Shown here piece by piece: positions 19,159 to 28,873 of a DNA stretch of 64,000 bases. The position numbers were made by a program, and so were the translations under genes. Source of the DNA: Candidatus Sulfomarinibacteraceae bacterium (GTDB lineage: Bacteria; Acidobacteriota; Thermoanaerobaculia; Thermoanaerobaculales; Sulfomarinibacteraceae); assembly GCA_963796455.1 (NCBI GenBank), contig CAWCLO010000001.1:352001-416000 (forward strand). Direction: 5' to 3'. Positions within the stretch are counted from its first letter, which is position 1; each line of letters starts with the position of its first letter. A model generated the notes under the pieces. It was not told the DNA's origin and did no database searches. It saw nothing but the letters and a program-made list of their open reading frames with translations.

Positions 19159-19679
19159 GCCCACCAGATATCGAGTTCGAGGGGAGGATCTCGACGTACG
19201 GCGGGACAGCCGAGTCTCTCGAGTTCAGCGAGCACCGTTTCAGTAACCGCGGGAACCGCATTTTGCACGGCATCTGTCAGCGCGGTGCCCTGCCCGGTTG
19301 TCTCAGGCACGACTCCGACGAGGAGAATTTCATCCGGACTCGAGTCCGAAAATTCGGTCGCCATGAGTGCCTCGCGAAGACCCGGCTCATGGGGGCTCAT
19401 ACGGGAAGGGGGTGGCGTCGAGACGATCTCTCCGTCGCGAAGCAGACGCAGGCTGCCAGGTTCCTGCTTGCCACTGATCGTGTCGATCACAATCACCATT
19501 CGGGCATCCGCCAGGTAGGGCGTGAGATCCATCCCCGGGGTCCCGAGGTCGATCACCTCGACACCCTCTGGAAACTCGTACCCGGCCTCGAGGACCTTGA
19601 TCGTGTAGGGCCCGAGACCGTCGTCTGTACACAAAATGTTACCGACACCGAGAATGCGGACGGGCTTGGTCTCAATCAT
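19155..19679 (-). CDS. hybD: Hydrogenase maturation protease (HybD/HyaD)
   Basis: LGVGNILCTDDGLG, DLGT, SPHEPGL. Confidence 0.92.
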   Translation of the reverse strand: MIETKPVRILGVGNILCTDDGLGPYTIKVLEAGYEFPEGVEVIDLGTPGMDLTPYLADARMVIVIDTISGKQEPGSLRLLRDGEIVSTPPPSRMSPHEPGLREALMATEFSDSSPDEILLVGVVPETTGQGTALTDAVQNAVPAVTETVLAELERLGCPAVRRDPPLELDIWWA

Positions 19680-19788
19680 CCGATGATTGTGCCAGAGCGG
19701 TGGGGTGATGGATAGTGCAGATATTCGAGTTCTCGGATCGGATGATCGATCCTCGGCGCTGGATACTGGATGCTGGATGCTCGTTTCT

Positions 19789-20581
19789 GGATCACCCTTG
19801 TCCAAGACAGAGTCTCAGACAGCAACCGGGGACAGGGACGGGGAACGGCGGACAGCGTCAGCGAACGGTTGTCAGGGTCAGCGATCAGCTATCAACAGCA
19901 GCGACAGACAGCAGCGCTCACCTTTTCGGGTTCAAGAGCCGCCAGGTCATCGCACGGACCTGATCGAACGCCTTCATCGCTTCACTGGCTCCGTTCGGGC
20001 TGATCGCCCCGGTGTGGGCGAGGAGTTCCAAGTGGCTGTCGACCTCTTTGGCCGAGGCGTAGGCGATTCTCCAGTGGTTCAACCGGTCTCTACCGAAACG
20101 GCCGTGGCCTTCTGCAAGGTTCGCAGGGACTGAACTCGCCGATCGGACGACCTGATCGGCTATGGATTTCAGCGGAGCCGGAACCCTCATCACGAGTTTG
20201 ATCGCGATGCCTGCTGCTTCGAGTGCTTTCGAGTGGGCAACGAGGTTGGTGTTCGTGGCGGCGTTGGACATGGTCACCTCCGGGTCGTTCATGCCCATAC
20301 CCACAAGCCGGTGTGGTGGCCGATGTCAAGGATGCCCTGCACCCTGCCTGTCCTTGACATCGGCCGCCCACCGGCTACCCCTTCTGTTGAACGACCCGGT
20401 GGTGGCCACTTCGTCGCATGTACTCCTGATCGCTGCCGCTGAACACTGATCGCTGATTGCTGTTCTCTGTCGCTGCTTCCTGTCGCTGCCGCTGGACACT
20501 GTCGCTGTCGCTGATTCCTGTTGACTGCCCCTGCCCCTGCCTCTGAACGCTATCCGAGACCCTTTCTCGGACAAGAATGAT
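19789..20581. mobile_element. TIR-bounded element copy C (two 'left-type' ends) with intact four-helix-bundle gene
   Basis: Left end GGATCACCCTTGTCCAAGACAGAGTCTC; right end 20548-20581 is the reverse complement of the left-end module. Confidence 0.75.
19918..20271 (-). CDS. Four helix bundle protein, paralog of 378-731
   Basis: About 16 differences over 117 aa vs copy A; GGAGG-TGACC-ATG start. Confidence 0.87.
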   Translation of the reverse strand: MSNAATNTNLVAHSKALEAAGIAIKLVMRVPAPLKSIADQVVRSASSVPANLAEGHGRFGRDRLNHWRIAYASAKEVDSHLELLAHTGAISPNGASEAMKAFDQVRAMTWRLLNPKR

Positions 20582-20610
20582 GCCGCATCCAGTATCCGGC
20601 ATCCAGCATC

Positions 20611-20638
20611 AAAAAAAGCCGGGGGCGAAGCCCCCGGC
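20611..20638 (-). terminator. Rho-independent terminator after hybC
   Basis: GCCGGGGG...CCCCCGGC stem followed by a T7 run on the minus strand. Confidence 0.8.
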
Positions 20639-20660
20639 GATTGAACAGGTTTGGTGCTAC

Positions 20661-22361
20661 TTACAGCACTCTCACCTTCGACTTCTCGTTGCCTTCCGTA
20701 TCGTGGGTGTGGATCGCACACGCCAGACACGGGTCGAAGGAGTGAATGGTCCGCAAGACCTCGAGCGGCCGTTCTTCGTCAGCGATCGGGTTGCCGACCA
20801 GCGACGCCTCGTAGGGCCCCATCCGGTCGTTTCCGTCACGCGGCCCGGCATTCCAGGTCGAAGGAACAACGCACTGATAGTTTTTGATCTTGCCGTTTTC
20901 GATGACGCACCAGTGCGACAGGGTGCCGCGCGGCGCCTCGTGGAAACCGAATCCCTGGATCTCACCCGCCGGGAACTCGAATGGGGTGAAGATATCGGTG
21001 TCGCCCGATGCGATGTTGGCAACCAAAGCCTCCCAATGGGCGAGGGCCTGGTGAGCGATAACCCGTGCGCGAATGGCCCGGGCCGCGTGGCGTCCAAGAG
21101 TCGAATGCAGCACGGCCGGAGTCAGCTTGGCACCCGCGATGCTGCCCGCAACGTCGAGGAACTCGAGCGCGAACTTGGTGGTCATCTCGTCGCCGGCTGC
21201 CAGGGCGGCGAGCACCTGAGCGAGCGGTCCAACCTGCATCGGTTCGTCGTTGAAACGCGGTGCTTTGACCCACGAATAGCGGCCGTTGTAATCGTACTCG
21301 GAGTACGCCGGGACGGTGTCCTCTTCCCACGGATGTTTCTGCCAGTCGCCGTCGTACCACGCATGAGCGATCGATTCGGCGACATTGTCGCGGAAAAGAG
21401 GATCGTTGAACGATGTGATGGCCTGGAAGCTGCCCAGGTCGGCGTTCATGATGACTCCGCCAGGCATCTGGAACTGGGTGCCCTCGGCATTCAGCGGCAG
21501 TTCAGGAACCGACAGGTAGTTGGTGACACCGGCGCCGTAGCCGAGCCACGGAGCATACATGGCGCCGATCGCGGCCACGTCGGTGAAATAGACCTGGTCG
21601 ATAAAGGTCTTGACCTCTTCCAGATAGCCTTTGATCTGATAGAGCTTCGCCATATTGAGCGTCGCCTCGTTGTCGAGGTTGATGGCATTGGCCACACCAC
21701 CGACAGCGAGATTCTGGATGTTGGGAGTTTTGGAACCCAGCACCGTGACGACCTTGTTGGCGATCTTCTGGACCTCGAGAGCCTGCAGGTAGTGCGAAAC
21801 TGCCAGCAGATTCACATCCGGCGGCAGATCCATCGCCGGGTGGCCCCAATAACCGTTGGTGAAAATACCAAGCTGGCCTTTGGAGACGAAGTCTGCAACC
21901 TTGGCCTTGACGGCCGCAAGGTCCTTCTCGCCGTTACCGGGCCAGTCGGACAGCGACTCAGCAAGGCGTGCCGTGGTTCTCGGATTGCCGTCGAGGGCCG
22001 ACACGACGTCAACCCAGTCGAGCGCCGACAGGTGGTAGAAGTGGACAATGTGGTCGTGCAGCGAGTGCGCCGAAATCAATAGATTGCGGATCAACTGGGC
22101 GTTAAGCGGCGGGTTGATCTGGAGCGCGTTCTCAACCGATCGCACCGATGCGATCGCATGAACTGTCGTGCACACACCGCAGATGCGCTGGGTGAAGACC
22201 CAGGCGTCTCTCGGATCGCGGCCTTCGAGAATCTTCTCGATGCCGCGCCACATCTGACCGGAGGACCAGGAATTGGTGACCTTCCCCCGGTCGACCTCGA
22301 CGTCGATGCGCAAATGACCCTCGATGCGAGTGATCGGGTCTACAGTGATCGTTTTGGCCAT
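20661..22361 (-). CDS. hybC: [NiFe] hydrogenase large subunit (hydrogenase-2 type)
   Basis: RIEGH, L1 RICGVCTTVH, L2 DPCLACAIH plus cleavable tail. Confidence 0.95.
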   Translation of the reverse strand: MAKTITVDPITRIEGHLRIDVEVDRGKVTNSWSSGQMWRGIEKILEGRDPRDAWVFTQRICGVCTTVHAIASVRSVENALQINPPLNAQLIRNLLISAHSLHDHIVHFYHLSALDWVDVVSALDGNPRTTARLAESLSDWPGNGEKDLAAVKAKVADFVSKGQLGIFTNGYWGHPAMDLPPDVNLLAVSHYLQALEVQKIANKVVTVLGSKTPNIQNLAVGGVANAINLDNEATLNMAKLYQIKGYLEEVKTFIDQVYFTDVAAIGAMYAPWLGYGAGVTNYLSVPELPLNAEGTQFQMPGGVIMNADLGSFQAITSFNDPLFRDNVAESIAHAWYDGDWQKHPWEEDTVPAYSEYDYNGRYSWVKAPRFNDEPMQVGPLAQVLAALAAGDEMTTKFALEFLDVAGSIAGAKLTPAVLHSTLGRHAARAIRARVIAHQALAHWEALVANIASGDTDIFTPFEFPAGEIQGFGFHEAPRGTLSHWCVIENGKIKNYQCVVPSTWNAGPRDGNDRMGPYEASLVGNPIADEERPLEVLRTIHSFDPCLACAIHTHDTEGNEKSKVRVL

Positions 22362-22374
22362 CAGGCCCCCCCTT

Positions 22375-23580
22375 CTAATGAGCCGCCTCGGCCGGACGCG
22401 TGCCGCCGAGGATCGGGTAGCGTTTGACAATGACGATGTAGAGGAAGATCTCGAACGCGATCACGCCCAGGGTGATCAGGAGTTCGAGGGTGGTCGGGAA
22501 GTACGACCAGTTGTCTCCCGGATTGTATGCCACGATGTATGCATCGAACCGGTAGAGTCCTCCGGCGAGCATGAACAGGATCGATGCCTTGAATATGGTC
22601 GAAAACTTCATGTTCCCTTTGGACCGCATGAGCATGACCATCGGCGCAACGAAGAGGGCGATCTCGATCCAGAACATAAGGCTCAGGAAGCCCGAAGTGA
22701 ACATCAGCATCGTCTTCCCGCTGATGATGAGATCGGTGAATCGAATCAACAGATACAGACCGGTGACGACCACCATCGCACCTGAAAGCGAGATCAACAT
22801 CTCGTCTTCGCGCACGCGGTTGAAGGCCTTGCTCGAAATCGCGGACTCCCAGACAACCACCGCATATCCCATTCCCACGCAGGAAACGAGGAAGAGGAGC
22901 GGGATCCAGGGAGTGTTCCACAGCGGGTGGAGCTTCCAGCCGGCGAGCAGCATCAGGGTACCGAGCGACGACTGGTGCATGGTCGGAAGCAGCACGCCAA
23001 GGGCGATGATCCAGATCAGGGCCTTGTCATAGAACTTGAGACCGAACTTGGCGAATTTCACGAGTGAAGAGTTCTTGGATGTGGCTTCCCATTTTTCGAG
23101 AAATGCCGGACCGAGCTCGATCCACAACACACCCACGTAGGCCATGACGCACAGCGCCACCTCGAGGAGTGCGGAGTTCCAGTTGTAAGAACCCATGTCC
23201 GGGAATCCGCCCATTGGGATTCGCCAGACGCCCCACCAACGACCGACATCAATGACGATCGAGAGTCCCGCCATCGAGTAGCCGAGTGCACTGGTCAGCA
23301 GAGCAGGCCGCACCAGCGGGTGGTACTTGCCTTTGTTGAGGATGTAGGCCAAAAGGGCGACCGCATAACCGCCGCAGGCGAGCGCAGTGCCGGTGACCAC
23401 GTCAAAAGCGATCCAGATGCCCCAGGGATACCCATCGGTGAGACCCGAGACAACGCCGATTCCAAAGAGGAAGCGGTATGCCAGGATCAGCACCCACAGC
23501 CCGAGGAAGATCGCCAGGAACCGGGTGAACCGGTTGTAGATAACGGGGCCGCCGACGGGTTCAGCGCGGTGCTCACTCAT
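22375..23580 (-). CDS. hybB: Ni/Fe-hydrogenase membrane subunit HybB (NrfD family)
   Basis: GYPWGIWIAFDVVTGTALACGGY, LPTMHQSSLG. Confidence 0.93.
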   Translation of the reverse strand: MSEHRAEPVGGPVIYNRFTRFLAIFLGLWVLILAYRFLFGIGVVSGLTDGYPWGIWIAFDVVTGTALACGGYAVALLAYILNKGKYHPLVRPALLTSALGYSMAGLSIVIDVGRWWGVWRIPMGGFPDMGSYNWNSALLEVALCVMAYVGVLWIELGPAFLEKWEATSKNSSLVKFAKFGLKFYDKALIWIIALGVLLPTMHQSSLGTLMLLAGWKLHPLWNTPWIPLLFLVSCVGMGYAVVVWESAISSKAFNRVREDEMLISLSGAMVVVTGLYLLIRFTDLIISGKTMLMFTSGFLSLMFWIEIALFVAPMVMLMRSKGNMKFSTIFKASILFMLAGGLYRFDAYIVAYNPGDNWSYFPTTLELLITLGVIAFEIFLYIVIVKRYPILGGTRPAEAAH

Positions 23581-24475
23581 CGGAGCCCCCCTTCTTTGCC
23601 GCACGGCTATTGCGCCACATCACTGCGCCGAGAACCCCGTACAGAGCAACCGGTGCGATGAAGCCGCGGTAGATGCCGTGCTGGATGGTCCGGGCCTGGA
23701 CTCCTACGCCCTCATGACCCACATCCGGCAGACCGAGTTTGTCGAAACCGACATCGGCGAGATAAAGCACCTGGGTGCCGCCACCTTCGGTGTCGCCGAA
23801 TATCTGCGGATCACCGGCCGGGTAGTAGCGCTCCGGATGCTCGGCAACCCGTTGCCGGGCATCAGCCAACAGATCTTCGTATTTGCCGAAGATCACGGCT
23901 TCCTTGGGGCACGACTGGCAGCAACCCGGTTGGGTCCCTTCCTTGTACCCGCCGGTCGAGGCGTCGACGATCATGTGGTGGCACAGCTCGCATTTGACGA
24001 TCAGAGGAATCGCCGTGTCCCACTGGAATTTGGGAACATTGTAGGGACACGCCACCTGGCAGTACCGGCAGCCAATACAACGGTCCGGGTCCCAGGTGAT
24101 GATTCCCAGTTCGCGTTTCTTGAAAGCACCGATCATGCATGCGTTGACGCAACCGGGGTCGATACACTGCATGCACTGTTGTTTCATATACGACTTTTCG
24201 CCGTTTTCCTCATACAGCTTGATGATGTTCTTGGTGTAGCCGTCGAGGTCCTTCGGCGGGTCGTACAGATTGCCCGGGAGATTATTGGCCGACTTGCAGG
24301 CGGTCACACAGGCCTGGCACCCAATACAACGGGTTGCGTCATACAGCATCCCGTACGCATCGGGCGGCGCTTCGACCCGATTCGAAGAGGCCTCGGCGTT
24401 CGTTGCGGCCGAGACCGCAGCGCCGGCGCCTACCGCGGCGGCTCCTTTCAACAGAGTTCGTCGATCCATGGTCAT
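23573..24475 (-). CDS. hybA: Hydrogenase-2 4Fe-4S ferredoxin subunit HybA
   Basis: Tat motif DRRTLLK; CIGCQAC, CIGCRYC; GGTQVLYL. Confidence 0.93.
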   Translation of the reverse strand: MTMDRRTLLKGAAAVGAGAAVSAATNAEASSNRVEAPPDAYGMLYDATRCIGCQACVTACKSANNLPGNLYDPPKDLDGYTKNIIKLYEENGEKSYMKQQCMQCIDPGCVNACMIGAFKKRELGIITWDPDRCIGCRYCQVACPYNVPKFQWDTAIPLIVKCELCHHMIVDASTGGYKEGTQPGCCQSCPKEAVIFGKYEDLLADARQRVAEHPERYYPAGDPQIFGDTEGGGTQVLYLADVGFDKLGLPDVGHEGVGVQARTIQHGIYRGFIAPVALYGVLGAVMWRNSRAAKKGGSDE

Positions 24476-25590
24476 GACGACTCCTCCTCGCCCCCTTCTT
24501 CCGCCATCTTCTTGGAAGCCATCAGCCCGGCGCCAACCACGGCGCCACCGACGATGCCGGCAACACCCGCGGCAGCCGCGGACGGACTGCTCCGATGATC
24601 TGGGAAGATCGGCGGCACGGCGTTTTCGGGCAACGCCGCCTCCTGATGGAGCGGTTTGTGGAAAGCCACACCTTGCTCTGTGCAGCCGAAGCACGGATGC
24701 CCGATCCCGATCGGCCAAGCATCCGGCATCTCACCGAAGGGCTGGACCGAGCAGTTCGCGTGGGTCTCGGGACCCTTGCATCCAAGCGCGAAGAGGCAGT
24801 AGCCCAGCCGGTGACCCTCGTCTCCGTATTGACGGGCGAATCGGCCGGCGTCAAAGTGCGCCCGGCGCGGGCAATGCTCGTGGATCGTGCGACCGTAGGC
24901 AAAGAGCGGACGGCCCTTGTCGTCGAGTGCCGGCAGCGAGCCGAGAGCGACGAATTGCAGCACGGTGCCGAGGAAGTTGTAGGGGTTCGCCGGGCAACCC
25001 GGGATGGTCACCACAGTCGTTCCCTCGAGAATCTGCGGCGCACCGACGGCGTCGGTCGGGTTCGGGTCGGCCGAGGGAATTCCGCCCCACGAGGCGCAGG
25101 ATCCGATGGCGACCACAGCAGCAGCCTTGGATGCCACATCGTTGAGAATATCGATCGCGGTCCGACCACCGATCTGGCAGTAGATACCTCCGTCTTTTCT
25201 CGGGATCGCACCCTCCACGACGCAGACGTACTGGCCCGCGTGCTCTTCCATTGCCTGGTGCAGCGCGTCTTCGATCTGATAGCCGGCTGCGGCAAAGAGC
25301 GTCTCGTGGTAGTCCAGTGAGACGAGATCGAGGATGAGCTCCGCGATTCCTGGACTCGAGGTGCGGAGAAGCGATTCCGTGCACCCGGTGCATTCCTGGA
25401 AATGAAGCCAGATCACCGACGGTTTGAGACCCGCCTCAGCGGCCTCCGCCCATTTGACTCCGACGCTGGCGGGGAGCCCGACGGCTGCTGCCGCCATCAT
25501 GCATCCCTTGACGAAGTCCCTCCGGTCGACGCCCCCCTCTTGAGGGCAACCTTCGGGCACACCTATGTTCTCTTCCCTCCAACCCATCAT
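24472..25590 (-). CDS. hybO: [NiFe] hydrogenase small subunit
   Basis: Tat motif DRRDFVK; QECTGC, PGCP, GCKGP, HPCFGC; C-terminal TM anchor. Confidence 0.95.
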   Translation of the reverse strand: MMGWREENIGVPEGCPQEGGVDRRDFVKGCMMAAAAVGLPASVGVKWAEAAEAGLKPSVIWLHFQECTGCTESLLRTSSPGIAELILDLVSLDYHETLFAAAGYQIEDALHQAMEEHAGQYVCVVEGAIPRKDGGIYCQIGGRTAIDILNDVASKAAAVVAIGSCASWGGIPSADPNPTDAVGAPQILEGTTVVTIPGCPANPYNFLGTVLQFVALGSLPALDDKGRPLFAYGRTIHEHCPRRAHFDAGRFARQYGDEGHRLGYCLFALGCKGPETHANCSVQPFGEMPDAWPIGIGHPCFGCTEQGVAFHKPLHQEAALPENAVPPIFPDHRSSPSAAAAGVAGIVGGAVVGAGLMASKKMAEEGGEEESS

Positions 25591-25645
25591 GGCCTCCTTT
25601 GGAAAATCGCCATTAAAAAAAACATCTCACATATTTGACCGACCC

Positions 25646-25695
25646 ACACTACGAGGGCGCTCCGACGATTGTCAATACAACTTGAGTTAATTCAA
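25646..25695 (-). promoter_or_regulatory. Candidate sigma70 promoter of the hyb operon with FNR/CRP-like palindrome
   Basis: TTGACA-18 nt-TAGTGT on the minus strand; TTGAGTTAATTCAA at 25682-25695. Confidence 0.45.
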
Positions 25696-26017
25696 CCTTA
25701 TCTCAATTTGATCGATGTTTGTGAATGCGAATCAGTTGCATTTTGGATGCACGAATTGGCGGGGAACAGACGTTTTTGACGCGACGAGAAAAAGCCGTTT
25801 TGCGCCGCATTCCGACCAAGACTGTCCGATAGACGCACACAACGCATGATCAGGTCGTACCGCCTCGAAGGGAGATGCTCGGATTCCCTGCTCGCGTCGC
25901 CATCGAAGGCCCACCGGCGAACCGAAAATTCTCGTCCGTTGGTCGAGATTGAGTTGCTGAATGTTTTCAGGAACCGGACTGAATAGCGGCTCCCTCATTT
26001 CCGGGGCTGATCGCAGC

Positions 26018-26048
26018 AAAAAAAAAGCACCCTCGGATCGAGGGTGCC
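26018..26048 (-). terminator. Terminator after the AGCS gene
   Basis: GCACCCTCG/CGAGGGTGC stem plus T run. Confidence 0.75.
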
Positions 26049-26077
26049 TGGCGGATATTTTCGGTTCGCGGCTCTGT

Positions 26078-27823
26078 TCAGTGCTTTGGCGGTTCCAGTT
26101 TTCCGTCGGCCACATATTCCTTGGTCCATCCCTTGACCATCCCGGTCAGCAACAGGATCGAAATCAGGTTGGGAATCGTCATCAGACCGAGCGCCATGTC
26201 TCCAAAGGCCCAGACGAGCTCGAGCGAATAAACGGCCCCCAGAAAGTGGGCAATGCAAAAGACCACCCGGTACGGTACGACCCACTGGGGACCGGCCAGG
26301 TAGAGGATCGACCGGTCGCCGTAGTAAGACCAACTGATGGCCGTCGACAGACCGAAGAGGAAGACCGCGAGAGTCACCAACAGGTGACCCTTGCCGAAGG
26401 CAAGCTTCCCGAGACCCTCACGGAAAGCCCACGCGGTGAGCGGCGAACCGTTCTGCATCGCCCGCCCCCGCATCACCAAAACACCCTCCGCCGGGTCACC
26501 GTCCTCGGCGAGAACTGTCCCGTCCTCGAGGTGGCCCTCGTCCTCAGGCTCGAGCACGATCAACCCCGAAAACGGCCGCAGATCGCGAAGCAAAACCTGA
26601 TCGTCGGCGATGAGAATCTCGACGTCATCGACCAGTGCGTGATTGCGCACCAGCTCGAACTCGATTGGGTGGCCGTCCCGCACGACCAGCGCACCACTCG
26701 CGAGCGCTTCATTAGAGAGGGAGCCATTGACCCCAACCCTGGTGCCCTGGACCACGGCTGTGAGAGCTGACTGATCGTTGACCAGCAGCTGCTGTTCCTG
26801 CTTGTCGTGCCAGACGCCCGACACCAGGATCACGAGGCCTGTCATGGTGCAGATTATCAGGGTGTCGATGAAAGGACCGATCATGGCCACGACGCCCTCT
26901 CGGATTGGCTCATCAGTCTTAGCCGCGGCGTGGGCGATCGGCGCGGAGCCCTGACCGGACTCGTTGGAGAAGAGGCCACGTTTGACGCCCCATGTGAGCA
27001 TGAAAATGAACGTGCCTCCCGCAAACCCGCTGATACTCGCCGCCGGAGTAAAGGCCGATTGGAAAATAGTGACAAGCAATCCCGGCACCTGCCCGATGTG
27101 CATTACGATCACGATGAACGCGGTGCCAACGTAGAGCGCTGCCATAAAGGGCACCAACTTCGAGGTCACGCGACCGATGCGGCGAATTCCGCCAAGGATC
27201 ACCATCGCCACCAGCGAGGCGAGGATGAGTCCTGTCACCCAGGTGGGCACACCCAGGTCCTGGCGAAACTGATCGGCGACGGTAAAGGACTGCACCGCAT
27301 TGCCAGATCCGAATGAGGAGATCACCGCGAAACACGCAAAGGCGATGGCCAAAGGCTTCCATTTCGGACCCAGACCACGTTCGATCGAGTACATCGGACC
27401 GCCGGACGCCGCTCCTCCTGGAAGAATGGTCCTGAACTTCATCGCAAGGGTGCACTCGGTGTACTTCAGCGCCATTCCGAAAACGGCCGTCACCCACATC
27501 CAAAAGAGAGCCCCAGGGCCTCCGTAGTGGATCGCGGTGGCCACGCCCGCGATGTTGCCGATTCCAACGGTTGCCGACAATGCGGTCGTCAGAGCCTGAA
27601 AGTGGGAGAGGTCACCCTCGTGCTCGGGATCATCGAACTCGCCGCGCAAAACCCGCAGCCCGTGACGAAAGTAACGGATCTGAATCCAGCCGAGACGAAA
27701 GGTGGTAACAAGGCCGGTGCCGACGAGCAACACAACGAGCAGCGGCATCTGTTCGGGCCAGCCCCAGATCGCACCACTGATGCTCTCGATCGTCGATCGC
27801 ACCCATTCGAAGAATGTACCCAT
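26078..27823 (-). CDS. Alanine/glycine:cation symporter (AGCS) with inserted soluble domain
   Basis: TVGIGNIAGVA, GGPGALFWMW, RGLFSNESGQGS, IDTLIICTMT. Confidence 0.93.
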   Translation of the reverse strand: MGTFFEWVRSTIESISGAIWGWPEQMPLLVVLLVGTGLVTTFRLGWIQIRYFRHGLRVLRGEFDDPEHEGDLSHFQALTTALSATVGIGNIAGVATAIHYGGPGALFWMWVTAVFGMALKYTECTLAMKFRTILPGGAASGGPMYSIERGLGPKWKPLAIAFACFAVISSFGSGNAVQSFTVADQFRQDLGVPTWVTGLILASLVAMVILGGIRRIGRVTSKLVPFMAALYVGTAFIVIVMHIGQVPGLLVTIFQSAFTPAASISGFAGGTFIFMLTWGVKRGLFSNESGQGSAPIAHAAAKTDEPIREGVVAMIGPFIDTLIICTMTGLVILVSGVWHDKQEQQLLVNDQSALTAVVQGTRVGVNGSLSNEALASGALVVRDGHPIEFELVRNHALVDDVEILIADDQVLLRDLRPFSGLIVLEPEDEGHLEDGTVLAEDGDPAEGVLVMRGRAMQNGSPLTAWAFREGLGKLAFGKGHLLVTLAVFLFGLSTAISWSYYGDRSILYLAGPQWVVPYRVVFCIAHFLGAVYSLELVWAFGDMALGLMTIPNLISILLLTGMVKGWTKEYVADGKLEPPKH

Positions 27824-27985
27824 GCCTGGAACCCCCCGTGACGCGCTGGTCGGTCTAACCGCCGCGACACGGCGGGTGGACCTATGCTAGCCGAGCGCCC
27901 TCCGACGAGGCAAGCGGCAGCCGCCGGACTGGAGTGAAGCGCGGCTCGTGATTCATCTATAATCCCGCCCGAAGGAGTTTCAACA

Positions 27986-28495
27986 ATGCGTCCTGCATTC
28001 GCAGTCGCCGTCGTCCTGACCGTGGTCCTCACCGCCTGCGGCGGATCCTCATCGGATAGCGGCACCGATTCGAGCGCGGGAGCGGTGACAGGGGCACAGG
28101 AGCCCTCCTCCGAGAGCCCCCGCAGCGCGGGCCTCGACACCCAGATCAGCCTCCCCCCAGAGATCGAGAACGCCTGGTCCGGTATTCGGATTCGGGTGAT
28201 TCGGGTCGAAGACCAAAGCTCCGAGACCTTTGAGGTCCAGCTTGGAGGGTCGACTGTTCTCGGCGAGAGCGGGCTGATTCTCTCAGCGGAGTCTTTCGTT
28301 CCCGATTTCGTGATGGACGAAGACGGCATCACGAGCCGTTCCGAAGCCACCGACAACCCCGCCGCTCGCGTTCAGATCAGCGACGGCGGCTCTTTTCAGT
28401 ATGAGGGGTGGCTCTTTGCCGCGATGCCCGGCATCGATGCTGATCCTCATCCCGTGTATCAGATCCAGTTGCTCGAGGGCATCCCTGCCGGGTAG
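27986..28495 (+). CDS. Lipoprotein (DUF2155-like C-terminus)
   Basis: Lipobox LTAC; NPAARV...GWLFA...HPVY. Confidence 0.7.
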   Translation: MRPAFAVAVVLTVVLTACGGSSSDSGTDSSAGAVTGAQEPSSESPRSAGLDTQISLPPEIENAWSGIRIRVIRVEDQSSETFEVQLGGSTVLGESGLILSAESFVPDFVMDEDGITSRSEATDNPAARVQISDGGSFQYEGWLFAAMPGIDADPHPVYQIQLLEGIPAG

Positions 28496-28651
28496 GGCGC
28501 AGAGAGGCAGAGGATCGCTCGGCATCTTCGCTATCGCTATCGATGGGCGAATTCCGATTCGAATCTTCTTGCGCCAGCCGCGATTCGTACGCTTTCCCGA
28601 AAGTCCGAACCACCCGCTCTGACTTCGAACTCAAGCGAATGCCGCCTCCCG

Positions 28652-28771
28652 ATGTCATCCTGAGCGGAGCGCCTTTGGCGCGTAGTCGAAGGATCTGCGT
28701 CTCGGAATCTTTGTGTTCCGTCTCATAGATCCTTCGACTCGGCCGTCGAACGGCCTCGCTCAGGATGACAT
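28652..28771. repeat. Second palindromic GTCATCCTGAG MITE-like element
   Basis: Same terminal and inner inverted repeats as 16660. Confidence 0.8.
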
Positions 28772-28873
28772 ATTGAAAAGACCCACCGAATCAACTTCGG
28801 ATCAGGAGACGGGGAGATCATCGCGGATCAAGAAACTTGATAAGAGCGGAGTCTCCTCTGCTCCTCTGCCGAC

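Noticed and set aside
27824..27985. Glycine riboswitch upstream of AGCS
   Set aside because: Conserved aptamer motifs were not found.
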